Shown here one piece after another: positions 1 to 8,850 of a stretch of 35,344 nt of DNA. The notes beneath the pieces are model-generated. The model was not told where the DNA came from, made no database searches, and saw only the letters and a list, made by a program, of their open reading frames with translations. The DNA lies in assembly GCA_045594145.1 (NCBI GenBank), contig JAZNYA010000147.1, forward strand, positions 1 to 35,344, written 5' to 3'. The DNA is from Candidatus Stercoripulliclostridium sp. (GTDB lineage: Bacteria; Bacillota; Clostridia; Christensenellales; DTU072). Within the stretch, counting starts at the first letter, position 1. Every line of letters begins with the position of its first letter. Position numbers and translations under genes: made by a program.

Positions 1-52
1 AACTACAAAACAAAGACTTTATCCTCACAAAACCTATATATAAAGGTGTGAT

Positions 53-1357
53 ATGGACAAAACATTGAAAGCGGAACTTTGGGACAAAATGCAATATATG
101 TTCCGCAACTATTATGATAGAATGGTGCACGCCGTTTTGTATTACGACGGACTCATCGACATCCCTACGTTAAAAACCGTTTTAGTTGCCACAACGGAAA
201 AAGTCCCCGTCCTGCACTCAAGTTTTCACGATAGTGCAATAGACCCCTATTGGATTGTTGAAGACTACAGCATCGACGACATCCTTACGGTAAAAGACGT
301 AAGCATAGAAAGCTTGGAAGATGAAATAGAGAACTTTATCACCTATTCTATCCCCGTCACTTCCAACGTACAATTCAAGATGGCCATCTTTAACGCAGAC
401 GGCAAGTCTACGCTTTGTATGATAGTCAACCATATGTGTTTTGACGGCGGTGATTTTAAGTATTTCTTAAAGCGTCTTGCTTCAAACTATAACTCCGTAA
501 TTGGCGGTAAACCCATAATCGACATCAAAACCGGCTCTCGTTCATACGACCAAGTTTATACCAAGCTCGATGATGAAGACAAAGAAGTCGCCAAGAATCT
601 TTATAAGAACATTTCACAAGTAAAAGATGAGCATTATTTCCCCTTGTCTCCCAATGCCCCGGAAGATAAAAGCATGATTAATCGCTCTAAGGTAGATGCC
701 GAAACTTTCACGAAATTTAGAAAAATCGGCAAATACTACGGCGTAACCGTCAACGACCTTATGCTCGCCGTCTATATGCATAGCCTTTATGAATTCGGTG
801 GATATCCGGAAAGCGACACCGTTACCATACCTTGCATGGTCGACCTGAGAAGACATATCGAAGGCGGAGAAGAAGCCGGCGGTCTAACCAATCACACGGG
901 CTTTATGCAATGTAGCGTAGAAGGAGTGGGTAAGAACATCAACGAAACGCTTGTTAAAGTTCTACAATCGGTAAGAAAATCCAAAAAAGACAAGTATATG
1001 GGTCTTTATTCCCTCCCCCTACTCAAGCTTGCATATACCATTTTGCCTTATGCCATAAGCGAAATTGCCATTAAAATCGGCTATCTTAACCCGCTAATCG
1101 GCATGTCCAACATAGGCGTTCTGGACCCCAACAAACTCGGACTTGCAGGCCTTCAACTCGTAGACGGATTTATGACCGGTGCAGTAAAATACAAACCCTA
1201 TATGCAACTTGCATTAACGTCACTCAACGGTGAATTGACTATGACTATCGCCATAAAAGGTAACGAAAAAGACCGTGAAGGCGTACAAGAATTCTTCCGC
1301 ATAATACATAAAAACATCAACCAATTCATTAGCGATAACGCCCAATACGCAGAATAA
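53..1357 (+). CDS. Condensation-domain-like acyltransferase (HxxxD superfamily)
   Basis: 434-aa ORF. ATG at 53 is preceded by AAGGTG. The translation contains NHMCFDGGD, an HHxxxDG-type motif, about one third into the protein, as in NRPS C-domain/PapA5/WS-DGAT-like acyltransferases. A hairpin terminator follows. Confidence 0.55.
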   Translation: MDKTLKAELWDKMQYMFRNYYDRMVHAVLYYDGLIDIPTLKTVLVATTEKVPVLHSSFHDSAIDPYWIVEDYSIDDILTVKDVSIESLEDEIENFITYSIPVTSNVQFKMAIFNADGKSTLCMIVNHMCFDGGDFKYFLKRLASNYNSVIGGKPIIDIKTGSRSYDQVYTKLDDEDKEVAKNLYKNISQVKDEHYFPLSPNAPEDKSMINRSKVDAETFTKFRKIGKYYGVTVNDLMLAVYMHSLYEFGGYPESDTVTIPCMVDLRRHIEGGEEAGGLTNHTGFMQCSVEGVGKNINETLVKVLQSVRKSKKDKYMGLYSLPLLKLAYTILPYAISEIAIKIGYLNPLIGMSNIGVLDPNKLGLAGLQLVDGFMTGAVKYKPYMQLALTSLNGELTMTIAIKGNEKDREGVQEFFRIIHKNINQFISDNAQYAE

Positions 1358-1377
1358 TCGCTTGATTGCAAAAATTA

Positions 1378-1403
1378 AGACGACCGGTAGGTCGTCTTTT
1401 TTG
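1378..1403 (+). terminator. Rho-independent terminator between convergent genes
   Basis: GACGACC-ggta-GGTCGTC hairpin followed by TTTTTTG, immediately after the stop of 53..1357. Confidence 0.6.
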
Positions 1404-1405
1404 TT

Positions 1406-2497
1406 TTATATGAAATCGCTATGCCTTAATGCAAATTTTCCTATCCCCTTTACTATTCCTTCTTCTGCACCAACCAAACTTGCTATTGCATTTTGCTCGG
1501 AAAGAGTCATTTGGGGGGCTTCTTCCGTCGGCGTTACGGCAATTTCTTCGCCACGAACGGATATCTTTAGTTTTGTCCTACCTTCTATTTCTATAACTGT
1601 CTCTACGTCTTCAAGTGAGCCTACGTTCTTGCCAACTTGCAACAATTTATAAATTAAAGTTTGATAATCGAAAACTTTATATTTTACGGTAGACACAATA
1701 GAGTAATCTTCGCAAACCCTTTGCATCGCTTCCTTAAATTCTTTTTCACTAGGCAAAACTTCTACCGTCAGATTTGACACCTTCTTGTATTCTTTGTATG
1801 CACTTACGCAAGCAACGTAATCTTGCCAAGAACCATCCTTTACGCACAACCTTTCCAATACGTTTGAACCAAAAGATTTACCACCGGCAAAACCTACTAC
1901 TTTTCCGTCTTTTCTTATAACGTATGCTTTAGAAAACCAATTTCTTATCGTATCACCTTCCGTGCTAATGGGCGTTGCGTTATACTGTGAAGCTCCCATC
2001 GCTAGCTCGGAAATGCTGGCGTAGTCTTCTTTCGTTTTTGCAGGTTCTATTGAGTATGGGGTTCCATTATTATATTTTTTGATACTCATACTGCTTATTT
2101 TGTAAGAATATACAACCCCGGTGGGATAATATCCAAAATGCTCGTAACGATGTCTTCTTCCCGTCAAATAAGATATCTCGCATATGTTCTCGTACTCTTT
2201 AAAGACGTGGTTGAGCATAGTAGACATAATGCCTTTGCCACGCTTGGACTTCTTGGTTGCAACCATACCGATAGCCACTCCGTTAAAGACTACACCATTG
2301 ACGTGAACTTCTTGCGGATAGGCACAAATTCCGCCCACTAACTCACCGCCGTCTTCAACAATATAATGGTAATCCATGCTGTTCTTTTCTTTGCCGTAAA
2401 GGCTGGGAATAAGGCTCGGGAAAGGACGATGGAAGACCTTGCTTAAAAACTTTATTACCTTTTTATTCTCTTCTTTTCGGGGTATTCTAATTTCCAT
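1406..2497 (-). CDS. GNAT family N-acetyltransferase, Eis-like (GNAT plus C-terminal SCP2-like region)
   Basis: 363 aa. ATG has AAGGAG upstream. GNAT motif A is present (KKSKRGKGIMSTMLNHVF, RxxGxG/A type). The length and a second GNAT-like/C-terminal segment are typical of Eis-type enzymes. Confidence 0.7.
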   Translation of the reverse strand: MEIRIPRKEENKKVIKFLSKVFHRPFPSLIPSLYGKEKNSMDYHYIVEDGGELVGGICAYPQEVHVNGVVFNGVAIGMVATKKSKRGKGIMSTMLNHVFKEYENICEISYLTGRRHRYEHFGYYPTGVVYSYKISSMSIKKYNNGTPYSIEPAKTKEDYASISELAMGASQYNATPISTEGDTIRNWFSKAYVIRKDGKVVGFAGGKSFGSNVLERLCVKDGSWQDYVACVSAYKEYKKVSNLTVEVLPSEKEFKEAMQRVCEDYSIVSTVKYKVFDYQTLIYKLLQVGKNVGSLEDVETVIEIEGRTKLKISVRGEEIAVTPTEEAPQMTLSEQNAIASLVGAEEGIVKGIGKFALRHSDFI

Positions 2498-2506
2498 AAC
2501 TACTCC

Positions 2507-3091
2507 TTACTTATTTATCATTGGACTAAGTTTGTTCGCTATAATAGCACTACCTATTGCACTAAGAATATCAATGGGCAAAAACACCAAACTACCCATT
2601 GTTATCGCTTGCCATAAACCAACGGTAGCTCCCGAATAAACGGGGATATCTGCCACTTGCGTATAAAATATATCTGCTACTTGCAAATAAAAATTGGCCA
2701 TAAAATAAAAGTATATTACGCCAATAACGTGGATAATCAACACTCCAACAAGGTTGCATACGATTCGTTTTCTTAGCCCTTGCTTAGGAATTCCGGCAAT
2801 AATGCCGGCAAACGCAAAGCCCAATAAATAGCCAAACGTGGGGTATAGAAAGTAGGTTACTCCACCGCCTGCACTAAAAATCGGGAGTCCTATAAGTCCG
2901 AGCATCAAGTAAATCAGGGGTGCCAAAAAGCCCACTATTTTACCGCATAACGCTCCGCCTAAAAGCACAAAAAGCGTTTGTAGCGTAATCGGCACGGCTC
3001 CTACCGGAATTCTAACCAAGCCACCAACGATTATTAGAGCCGTAAATAGTGCCGTCCTAACCAGCGTTTTAATACCTACCTTTTTAGACAC
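2507..3091 (-). CDS. bioY: Biotin transporter S-component BioY
   Basis: 194-aa polytopic membrane protein with typical BioY sequence (TALFTALIIVGGLVRIPVGAVPITLQTLFVLLGG). GTG start at 3091 has GGAGAAG 7 nt upstream. It overlaps the birA stop by 16 nt. Confidence 0.85.
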   Translation of the reverse strand: MSKKVGIKTLVRTALFTALIIVGGLVRIPVGAVPITLQTLFVLLGGALCGKIVGFLAPLIYLMLGLIGLPIFSAGGGVTYFLYPTFGYLLGFAFAGIIAGIPKQGLRKRIVCNLVGVLIIHVIGVIYFYFMANFYLQVADIFYTQVADIPVYSGATVGLWQAITMGSLVFLPIDILSAIGSAIIANKLSPMINK

Positions 3092-4044
3092 AAGCTTACT
3101 TCTCCGTAATATAGCGTTTCTTCCGTTCCGTCGTCAACGTACTTCACTCTCAACCTACACTCATCATCAAGCGATAAACAAACGGCACTCCTATCTCCGC
3201 TATCACGCTTTACGACAACCTGCTTTCCTACCATAATCGATGCCGTGCGATATTTTTCCACGATAACGTCTTTATCAAAATTGTTATAATAGTTCAAAAG
3301 TTTGTTTATTACCATTGCTACAAGTTTGTTCTTAGCATTAGGAATACGGGCGTTAACAGCACAGGCGACGTCCTTTATTTCTTCCGGATATCCACCTTGT
3401 GGCTCGTTTACGTTAATACCTATGCCTACAACGGCGTAAGCAATGGAACCACTTTCGAAATCTATGCTTGCTTCCGTTAGTATTCCGGAACATTTCTTAT
3501 CACCGATATAGACGTCGTTAACCCACTTAATGCCGGCTTCTACGCCAAATAATTCGTTTATGCTTTCACAAACAGCAATGGCACTTAATACCGTCAAATA
3601 CTCAGTTGCGGGAGCGTTTTTCTTTGGGCGAAGAAGAATAGAAAAATATACGCCACCGCTTGGCGAAAAGAAAGTTCTACCAAGCCTTCCCTTTCCACCA
3701 TCTTGGCTTTCCGCAACAGCAACCAAGCCTTCTTCTTTGCCTTCACTTCCTTTTTTAAAAAGATATTTATTTGTAGAATCTATTGTTTGGAATACTTCTA
3801 TTTGAGTTTTGGATTCCGTATTCAAAAGTTTTTGAATTGCAACAAGTGACAACTTATCGCTTTCTTCCATGAGCTTATATCCTTGCTTAGTGCGTTTTTC
3901 TATCATATAACCTTGGCTTTCAAGCTTCTTAATAGCCTTCCATACGGCATTGCGAGAAACTTCCAGCTCTTCCGCCACTTTAGCCCCGGAAACGTATTTA
4001 CCACGATTTAATTCCAAAAAACTTAATACTTTTTCTTCTAGCAT
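3076..4044 (-). CDS. birA: Bifunctional biotin-[acetyl-CoA-carboxylase] ligase / biotin operon repressor BirA
   Basis: 322 aa. N-terminal winged HTH (VSGAKVAEELEVSRNAVWKAIKKLESQGY). Biotinyl-AMP loop GGKGRLGRTFFSPSGG. C-terminal SH3-like tail. AAGGTGA RBS. Confidence 0.9.
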   Translation of the reverse strand: MLEEKVLSFLELNRGKYVSGAKVAEELEVSRNAVWKAIKKLESQGYMIEKRTKQGYKLMEESDKLSLVAIQKLLNTESKTQIEVFQTIDSTNKYLFKKGSEGKEEGLVAVAESQDGGKGRLGRTFFSPSGGVYFSILLRPKKNAPATEYLTVLSAIAVCESINELFGVEAGIKWVNDVYIGDKKCSGILTEASIDFESGSIAYAVVGIGINVNEPQGGYPEEIKDVACAVNARIPNAKNKLVAMVINKLLNYYNNFDKDVIVEKYRTASIMVGKQVVVKRDSGDRSAVCLSLDDECRLRVKYVDDGTEETLYYGEVSLCLKR

Positions 4045-4061
4045 ATTGTCACCTTACTAAA

Positions 4062-4090
4062 ATTGTAGGTAACCTAAAGAGAATTGTCAA
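4062..4090 (-). promoter_or_regulatory. Sigma-70-type promoter of birA-bioY
   Basis: Minus-strand TTGACA (4085-4090), 17-nt spacer, TACAAT (4062-4067), about 18 nt upstream of the birA ATG. Confidence 0.55.
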
Positions 4091-4116
4091 CCAAAATTTA
4101 TAATTTAGCTAACAAT
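4083..4116. promoter_or_regulatory. Probable BirA operator (bioO-like inverted repeat)
   Basis: ATTGTCAAC-N16-GCTAACAAT, with 7 of 9 arm positions complementary. It resembles the TGTnAAC...GTTnACA BirA boxes of Gram-positive bacteria. The left arm overlaps the -35 of the birA-bioY promoter. Confidence 0.6.
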
Positions 4117-4147
4117 CAATTTACATTTTCTTTACTAAAGTTGCATA

Positions 4148-4176
4148 TTTACAAAGCAACGCTCATATGCTATAAT
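4148..4176 (+). promoter_or_regulatory. Promoter of the small membrane-protein gene
   Basis: TTTACA (4148-4153), 17-nt spacer, TGcTATAAT extended -10 (TATAAT at 4171-4176). Confidence 0.5.
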
Positions 4177-4209
4177 AATTATATCATAAAAACTTTAGGA
4201 GATTTAATT

Positions 4210-4425
4210 ATGGCAAAAGCACAAAAAGATTACTTTGGTTTAGACCGTATCGTTAGCATAATTCTTGCTATCATCCCCTTTACCGCATGGGCACTTGGCG
4301 TTCTTACTCGCGCTAAGGAAGGCAAATGGATAGCTGTTATTATCCGTATTTTTGGCGGTTGGCTCATTTGGGTAATCGACCTATTCATGATGATTACCAA
4401 AGGTAGCATCTGGAGATTGCTATAA
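4210..4425 (+). CDS. Small hydrophobic (two-TM) membrane protein, function unknown
   Basis: Internal ATG at 4210 has AGGAG at 4197-4201. The 42 codons upstream in the track ORF overlap promoter DNA. The 71-aa product has two hydrophobic helices (IVSIILAIIPFTAWALGVL and WLIWVIDLFMMI). A terminator follows. Confidence 0.5.
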   Translation: MAKAQKDYFGLDRIVSIILAIIPFTAWALGVLTRAKEGKWIAVIIRIFGGWLIWVIDLFMMITKGSIWRLL

Positions 4426-4440
4426 TCATATTATTAAATA

Positions 4441-4477
4441 AAAAACAAGAAGGGAGCGTTGCTCCCTTCTTTATTTT
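4441..4477. terminator. Bidirectional rho-independent terminator
   Basis: GAAGGGAGC-gtt-GCTCCCTTC perfect 9-bp stem, flanked by an A-run (4441-4445) and a T-rich run (4470-4477). It lies between convergent genes. Confidence 0.75.
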
Positions 4478-4480
4478 CTC

Positions 4481-4747
4481 TTATTTCAATGCGTTTTTAT
4501 ATCCGTTTCCGTATTTAACACATTTGCTTACTCTAGAAAGTGTTGCAGAAGATATGTTAGTTTCTTTAATGATGTCTTCATAAGTACGGCCATCCATCAA
4601 CATTTTTGCCGCTTTTATCCTTTGTGCCATGGAGTCGATTTCCTTATAAGTACAAAGGTCGTTAAAAAGAAATTCCATTTCGCTTGCATCTGTTATGCCT
4701 GCGAGCAACTCATACAATGCTTTTACGTCTTCTTTATCGTTTGACAT
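4481..4747 (-). CDS. TrpR-like YerC/YecD family protein
   Basis: 88 aa. The sequence (LFNDLCTYKEIDSMAQRIKAAKMLMDGRTYEDIIKETNISSATLSRVSKCVKYG) matches the YerC/YecD Trp-repressor-like HTH pattern. It lies 2 nt downstream of the ABC ATPase gene. Confidence 0.7.
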   Translation of the reverse strand: MSNDKEDVKALYELLAGITDASEMEFLFNDLCTYKEIDSMAQRIKAAKMLMDGRTYEDIIKETNISSATLSRVSKCVKYGNGYKNALK

Positions 4748-4749
4748 AG

Positions 4750-5544
4750 CTATTCTCCTTCTTTACTAGATAATCCTTTTAGAAATGCTTGTAATTTTTC
4801 CGACTTGGGAGCATCAAAAACTTCCGCAGGAGTGCCAATTTCTTCCACAATGCCATCAACCATGAACATAACTTTATCGCTCACGCTCTTGGCAAAGCCC
4901 ATTTCGTGCGTAACGATAATCATGGTGATGCCTTCTTTTTCCTTGAGTTCTCTTATAACTTTTAGAACTTCTCCGGTAAGTTCAGGGTCTAGTGCCGACG
5001 TAGGTTCATCAAAACAAAGAACGGAAGGTTTTAATGCCATAGCTCTTGCTATTGCAACACGTTGGCATTGTCCGCCGGAGAGTTGGCAAGGATAAAGTTG
5101 CATTTTATCTTCTAGACCTACCTTGATGAGTAGTTCCTTTGCAACTTCAATAGAAGGCTTATTATAAAGCGGTTCCATGCCTTTTTTTACTCTTTCCTTT
5201 TCCATCAAGGAAAGGGCAAGGTTTACGTTTTGAAGAGCGGTATATTGTGGGAATAGATTGAACGATTGGAATACCAAGCCGAAATGCAATCTGTTTGCTC
5301 TTATCTCACTTTCCTTCATGCTCTTTAGGAGTTTACCATCGGAAATGACGTTGCCGTTTAGTTCTACGGTTCCTTCGTTTGCAAACTCAAGGTAATTAAG
5401 GCATCTAAGAAGGGTGGTTTTTCCGTTACCGGAAGAGCCTATTATGGAAAGCACTTCTCCTTCTTCCAAGGAAAAGGAAACTCCCTTTAGGACTTCCACC
5501 TTGCCAAAGCTTTTATATATGTTTTTTACTTCTAAAAATGCCAT
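4750..5544 (-). CDS. Polar amino-acid ABC transporter ATP-binding protein
   Basis: Walker A GSSGNGKTT, signature LSGGQCQRVAIARA, Walker B LCFDEPTSALD, H-loop VTHEM. GlnQ/HisP-like length plus a short C-terminal tail. Confidence 0.9.
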   Translation of the reverse strand: MAFLEVKNIYKSFGKVEVLKGVSFSLEEGEVLSIIGSSGNGKTTLLRCLNYLEFANEGTVELNGNVISDGKLLKSMKESEIRANRLHFGLVFQSFNLFPQYTALQNVNLALSLMEKERVKKGMEPLYNKPSIEVAKELLIKVGLEDKMQLYPCQLSGGQCQRVAIARAMALKPSVLCFDEPTSALDPELTGEVLKVIRELKEKEGITMIIVTHEMGFAKSVSDKVMFMVDGIVEEIGTPAEVFDAPKSEKLQAFLKGLSSKEGE

Positions 5545-5545
5545 A

Positions 5546-6235
5546 TTACACCTTATAGTAGGAAAGTTTCTTTTCTATCCAATTGAATAGTATTGTTAAT
5601 GCACCTACGAATATCAAGTAGTATGCACCTGCGTAGAATAAAGGCCAAATTAAGCCTTGGAGCATAAATTCTTTTGCTCTATAATTCAACTCCAATACGC
5701 CGATTACGTTTGCAAGAGCGGTATCCTTAATGAGCGTTATGATTTCGTTACTCATTGGGGGGATTATTCTCTTTATTACTTGCATTAGGATGACCTTAAA
5801 GAATATTTGAGACTTGGTCATGCCTAAGACTTCGCCTGCTTCCATTTGTCCCTTCGGTATGCCTTCTATACCGCCACGGAATATTTCCGAAAAATATGCG
5901 GCATAGTTGATGGAAAACGCTACTACCGTCGCTATAAGACGTGTCGAGATGGTTTTATCGAACCAAGCCCAGCCGGTATTCATGGAAGGCCATACAAACA
6001 AGTTGAGCAATCCGGGCAGATAGAAGATGACGAATATCTGCAACATTAGTGGGGTGCCACGTAGCACCCACACTATTGTCCTTGATACTATTCTTAGTGG
6101 AGCAAACTTGCTCATTGAGCAAAATGCTATAAGTAATCCTAAGGGTATTGCAAAGATCAGAGTTGAGATGAATATTATTACGGATGATGAAAATCCTTCC
6201 AGCAACCGTAATGATACGTTTGCAAATTGTTCCAT
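5546..6235 (-). CDS. Polar amino-acid ABC transporter permease (His/Glu/Gln/Arg/opine family)
   Basis: 229-aa polytopic protein carrying an EAA-type loop (EAGEVLGMTKSQIFFKVILMQVIKRIIPP). Only a 1-nt gap to the ATPase gene. Confidence 0.85.
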   Translation of the reverse strand: MEQFANVSLRLLEGFSSSVIIFISTLIFAIPLGLLIAFCSMSKFAPLRIVSRTIVWVLRGTPLMLQIFVIFYLPGLLNLFVWPSMNTGWAWFDKTISTRLIATVVAFSINYAAYFSEIFRGGIEGIPKGQMEAGEVLGMTKSQIFFKVILMQVIKRIIPPMSNEIITLIKDTALANVIGVLELNYRAKEFMLQGLIWPLFYAGAYYLIFVGALTILFNWIEKKLSYYKV

Positions 6236-6247
6236 TAATTATCCTTT

Positions 6248-7051
6248 TTATTTGAGAGCGTCTGCGTTGATACCTACGTTATATTTTTCTGCAAGAGCGG
6301 TGATGGTGCCATCTGCATATTTTGCCTTCAAGAAAGCGTCTAGTTGAGCCTTAAGGTCGCTTCCCTTTCTGAGACCTACTGCGAAGATTTCGTCGCCATA
6401 AGAAGCACCTTCTACTATCTTAAGATTTGCATATTCGCCTTTGCCTACAAGGTTTTGTGCCATGGTGATATCTACGATAGCTACTTGAGAAGTGCCTGCC
6501 TTAACTTCGTTAAGAGCGTCTACTTGAGCGGTAACGGGGGTGATGTTAGCAGCTTGGATGGTTTCTTGAGCAACGGTCATACCTGCGGAGCCGTTTTCTA
6601 CTGCGATGCTGGAAGTTGCTACTTGAGCTGCGGTAATGGTGCTATCAGATTTAACAACTGCTACTTGAGCGTTCTTTGCGTAAGAAACGGAGAAATCGAT
6701 TTCTTGTCCTAGTTCATCGCTAGCGGTCATGCCGTTCCAAATAAGGTCGATTTGCTTGGAGTTGAGTTCTGCTACCTTTTCACTCCAGTTGATGATAACG
6801 AGTTGGCAGTTAACGTCAAGGGAGTCTGCGAACATCTTTGCTAGTTCTGCATCAAAGCCGGTCCATTCGCCACTTTCTTCATCAATGTAATCCATGGGGG
6901 GATATACGGTTACGCCAACAACGAGTTTGTCTGCATCTTTTACTGCTTGAAGGTCGGATGCGGGTTCATCGGGGTCGTTACATGCAACAAGGCCAAAGAT
7001 TGCGGATACGCCAAGAGCAACTACTAAGAGAATCATTAAAAACTTTTTCAT
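6248..7051 (-). CDS. Amino-acid ABC transporter substrate-binding lipoprotein
   Basis: Signal peptide with lipobox (FGLVAC). Family-3 SBP pattern (YPPMDYIDE...GFDAELAK...WNGMT). Confidence 0.85.
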   Translation of the reverse strand: MKKFLMILLVVALGVSAIFGLVACNDPDEPASDLQAVKDADKLVVGVTVYPPMDYIDEESGEWTGFDAELAKMFADSLDVNCQLVIINWSEKVAELNSKQIDLIWNGMTASDELGQEIDFSVSYAKNAQVAVVKSDSTITAAQVATSSIAVENGSAGMTVAQETIQAANITPVTAQVDALNEVKAGTSQVAIVDITMAQNLVGKGEYANLKIVEGASYGDEIFAVGLRKGSDLKAQLDAFLKAKYADGTITALAEKYNVGINADALK

Positions 7052-7116
7052 ACTATTACTTCCTTTTTGGTTTATTTTTTTACTTTATCACTTTAGTTTG
7101 TTGAAGCGATGACTGT

Positions 7117-7145
7117 ATTATACTTCATTACTTTAGCGTTGTAAA
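7117..7145 (-). promoter_or_regulatory. Promoter of the amino-acid ABC operon
   Basis: Minus-strand TTTACA (7140-7145), 17-nt spacer, TATAAT (7117-7122), about 65 nt upstream of the SBP ATG. Confidence 0.5.
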
Positions 7146-7225
7146 GTGTTTTTTGCAAATTTCTTAAAATTTTTTTAAATTTTTTTCTTCGACCTAAAAA
7201 CGACCTATAATCATTATATATTTTT

Positions 7226-7259
7226 AAAGAAAAACCGCCACGATTTTCATCGTAGCGGT
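7226..7259 (-). terminator. Rho-independent terminator after the acetyltransferase gene
   Basis: Minus-strand hairpin of 11-bp arms with one mismatch and a 4-nt loop (7234-7259), followed by TTTTCTTT. Confidence 0.65.
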
Positions 7260-7264
7260 CGTCT

Positions 7265-7876
7265 TTATTCTATTGGAATATCTATTTCTTTATCTCGGAA
7301 ATAATATTTCTTATCATGCTCACCGAGTTCTCTTACTACCTTTGCCGGAACTCCTAAGGCTAGCACGTTTGCAGGAAGATCTTTGCTTACCACGGCACCG
7401 GCTCCTACAACCGTATTATCTCCTATGGTAACGCCCGGGAGTATGGTTGCGTTTGCACCAATCCAAACGTTATTTCCTATTCTTACTTCTTGGTTATATT
7501 GGTAACCCTTTTCTCTTAAAGTAGGATTTAGGGGGTGTCCTGCCGTCGCAACGACTACACCAGGAGCAAACATTACGTTATTGCCAACGTAGATATTAGC
7601 ATCATCAACCAGCGTTAGTCCGAAGTTAGCATATACGTAATCGCCCAAATAGACGTTCTTTCCGCCCCAGTTTGCGTGATATGGTGCTTCTATGTAACAA
7701 CCTTTACCGACTGAGCCAAAGAGCTCTTTAAGAAGCTCCTGACGTCTTTCTTGCTCTCTGGGGAGAGTGTTATTGTATTCCACCATCTTATCCAATAGCG
7801 AAAGCTGATAATCCATGACGTCGTTCGTAGTGGGGTCGTAAAGAAGCCCCGCTTTCATGCGTTCGATATTATCCAT
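7265..7876 (-). CDS. Maltose/galactoside O-acetyltransferase-like hexapeptide-repeat enzyme
   Basis: 203 aa. N-terminal Mac-type domain (MKAGLLYDP...). Left-handed beta-helix hexapeptide repeats ([31 protein letters not shown]). The ATG overlaps the stop of the upstream permease by 1 nt. Confidence 0.85.
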   Translation of the reverse strand: MDNIERMKAGLLYDPTTNDVMDYQLSLLDKMVEYNNTLPREQERRQELLKELFGSVGKGCYIEAPYHANWGGKNVYLGDYVYANFGLTLVDDANIYVGNNVMFAPGVVVATAGHPLNPTLREKGYQYNQEVRIGNNVWIGANATILPGVTIGDNTVVGAGAVVSKDLPANVLALGVPAKVVRELGEHDKKYYFRDKEIDIPIE

Positions 7877-8850
7877 TATCGCTCTTCCCTAAAGTAAGTT
7901 AAGCCAAGTGCTGCCGGGGGTTGAGCCTTCTTGCTACCGGTAATACTTACAACAAGAAGAACCAAAACGGTAACAACGTAAGGAATCAACTTGATTAGCG
8001 CGCTCTTTGTAGAAGAATCTCCTCCTACGAAGTAGGGCAAAACGTAAAGAATACCGAACACGATAGAACCGATGATTGCAAGGTTGGGACGCCATAAGGT
8101 GAATATAACAAGAGCGATTGCAAGCCAACCGAAAGCTTCTATGGTTGCATAGCTATCGTACATGCCTTGAACGTAGTCCATAACGTAGAAGAATCCACCT
8201 AGGCCGGCTATACCGCTACCCGTCAATATGGAAACGTATTTATACCTATCGACCTTGATGCCCACTGCATCCGCCGCCCCGGGATTTTCGCCTACTGCAC
8301 GAAGACCTAGACCAATCTTGGAGCGTTTTAGGAATATGGATGCTATAATTGCTATTCCCATTGCAAGATATACAAGTATGCCATATGAGAAGAACAAATC
8401 GCCAAACCAACCTAGTTTATCCGCAAAGGGGAAACCTTGAGCAATATAGGTACTTGCTATAGAGAAGTTAACGCGCTCAACGTAGTTATCCATAATAAAT
8501 TGAGCAAAGCCCGTACCAAAAGTCGTAAGAGCAAGACCCGTTATGTTTTGGTTACACTTTAGCGTTACGGTTAAAAGAGCGTATATGGCTCCGAGCACTC
8601 CTGCAAACAAGAACGCCATTATAACGCCTATTAATACTAGAGCTAAGTAGTTGGGCTCATTAGGGTTAGATAATCCACCCATATATAAAGCAACGCCCAA
8701 ACAACCGCCTGCAGTGCCTGCACACATAATACCGGGGATACCAAGGTTAAGGTGACCGGATTTTTCGGTTAGGATTTCACCGGTACAACCGAACAAGAAA
8801 ACTGCGGAGAATCTAATTGCACTTTGTAGTAATTGTATCATACTATTCAT
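7876..8850 (-). CDS. BMP-family (nucleoside/simple-sugar type) ABC transporter permease, NupQ/YufQ-like
   Basis: 324-aa polytopic membrane protein. 8-nt overlap with the upstream permease gene. The gene order SBP-ATPase-permease-permease matches NupNOPQ-type operons. Confidence 0.8.
   Translation of the reverse strand: MNSMIQLLQSAIRFSAVFLFGCTGEILTEKSGHLNLGIPGIMCAGTAGGCLGVALYMGGLSNPNEPNYLALVLIGVIMAFLFAGVLGAIYALLTVTLKCNQNITGLALTTFGTGFAQFIMDNYVERVNFSIASTYIAQGFPFADKLGWFGDLFFSYGILVYLAMGIAIIASIFLKRSKIGLGLRAVGENPGAADAVGIKVDRYKYVSILTGSGIAGLGGFFYVMDYVQGMYDSYATIEAFGWLAIALVIFTLWRPNLAIIGSIVFGILYVLPYFVGGDSSTKSALIKLIPYVVTVLVLLVVSITGSKKAQPPAALGLTYFREER

Noticed and set aside
4084-4209. 42-codon N-terminal extension of the small membrane-protein ORF.
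   Set aside because: - It begins with a non-ATG start.
- It covers the BirA operator and the promoter elements.
- The ATG at 4210 has AGGAG at optimal spacing.
7190-7207. Direct repeat CGACCTA-N4-CGACCTA (11-bp period) upstream of the amino-acid ABC promoter.
   Set aside because: - A 7-mer repeated within about one helical turn is expected roughly once by chance in the ~2.5 kb of intergenic DNA here.
- There is no supporting regulator gene and no second copy.
7052-7264. Looked for a T-box, riboswitch or attenuator leader upstream of the amino-acid ABC operon. I did the same at 13158..13387 for the nucleoside-type operon.
   Set aside because: - The predicted 5'UTRs are only ~40-65 nt.
- I saw no specifier or antiterminator structures and no conserved riboswitch cores.
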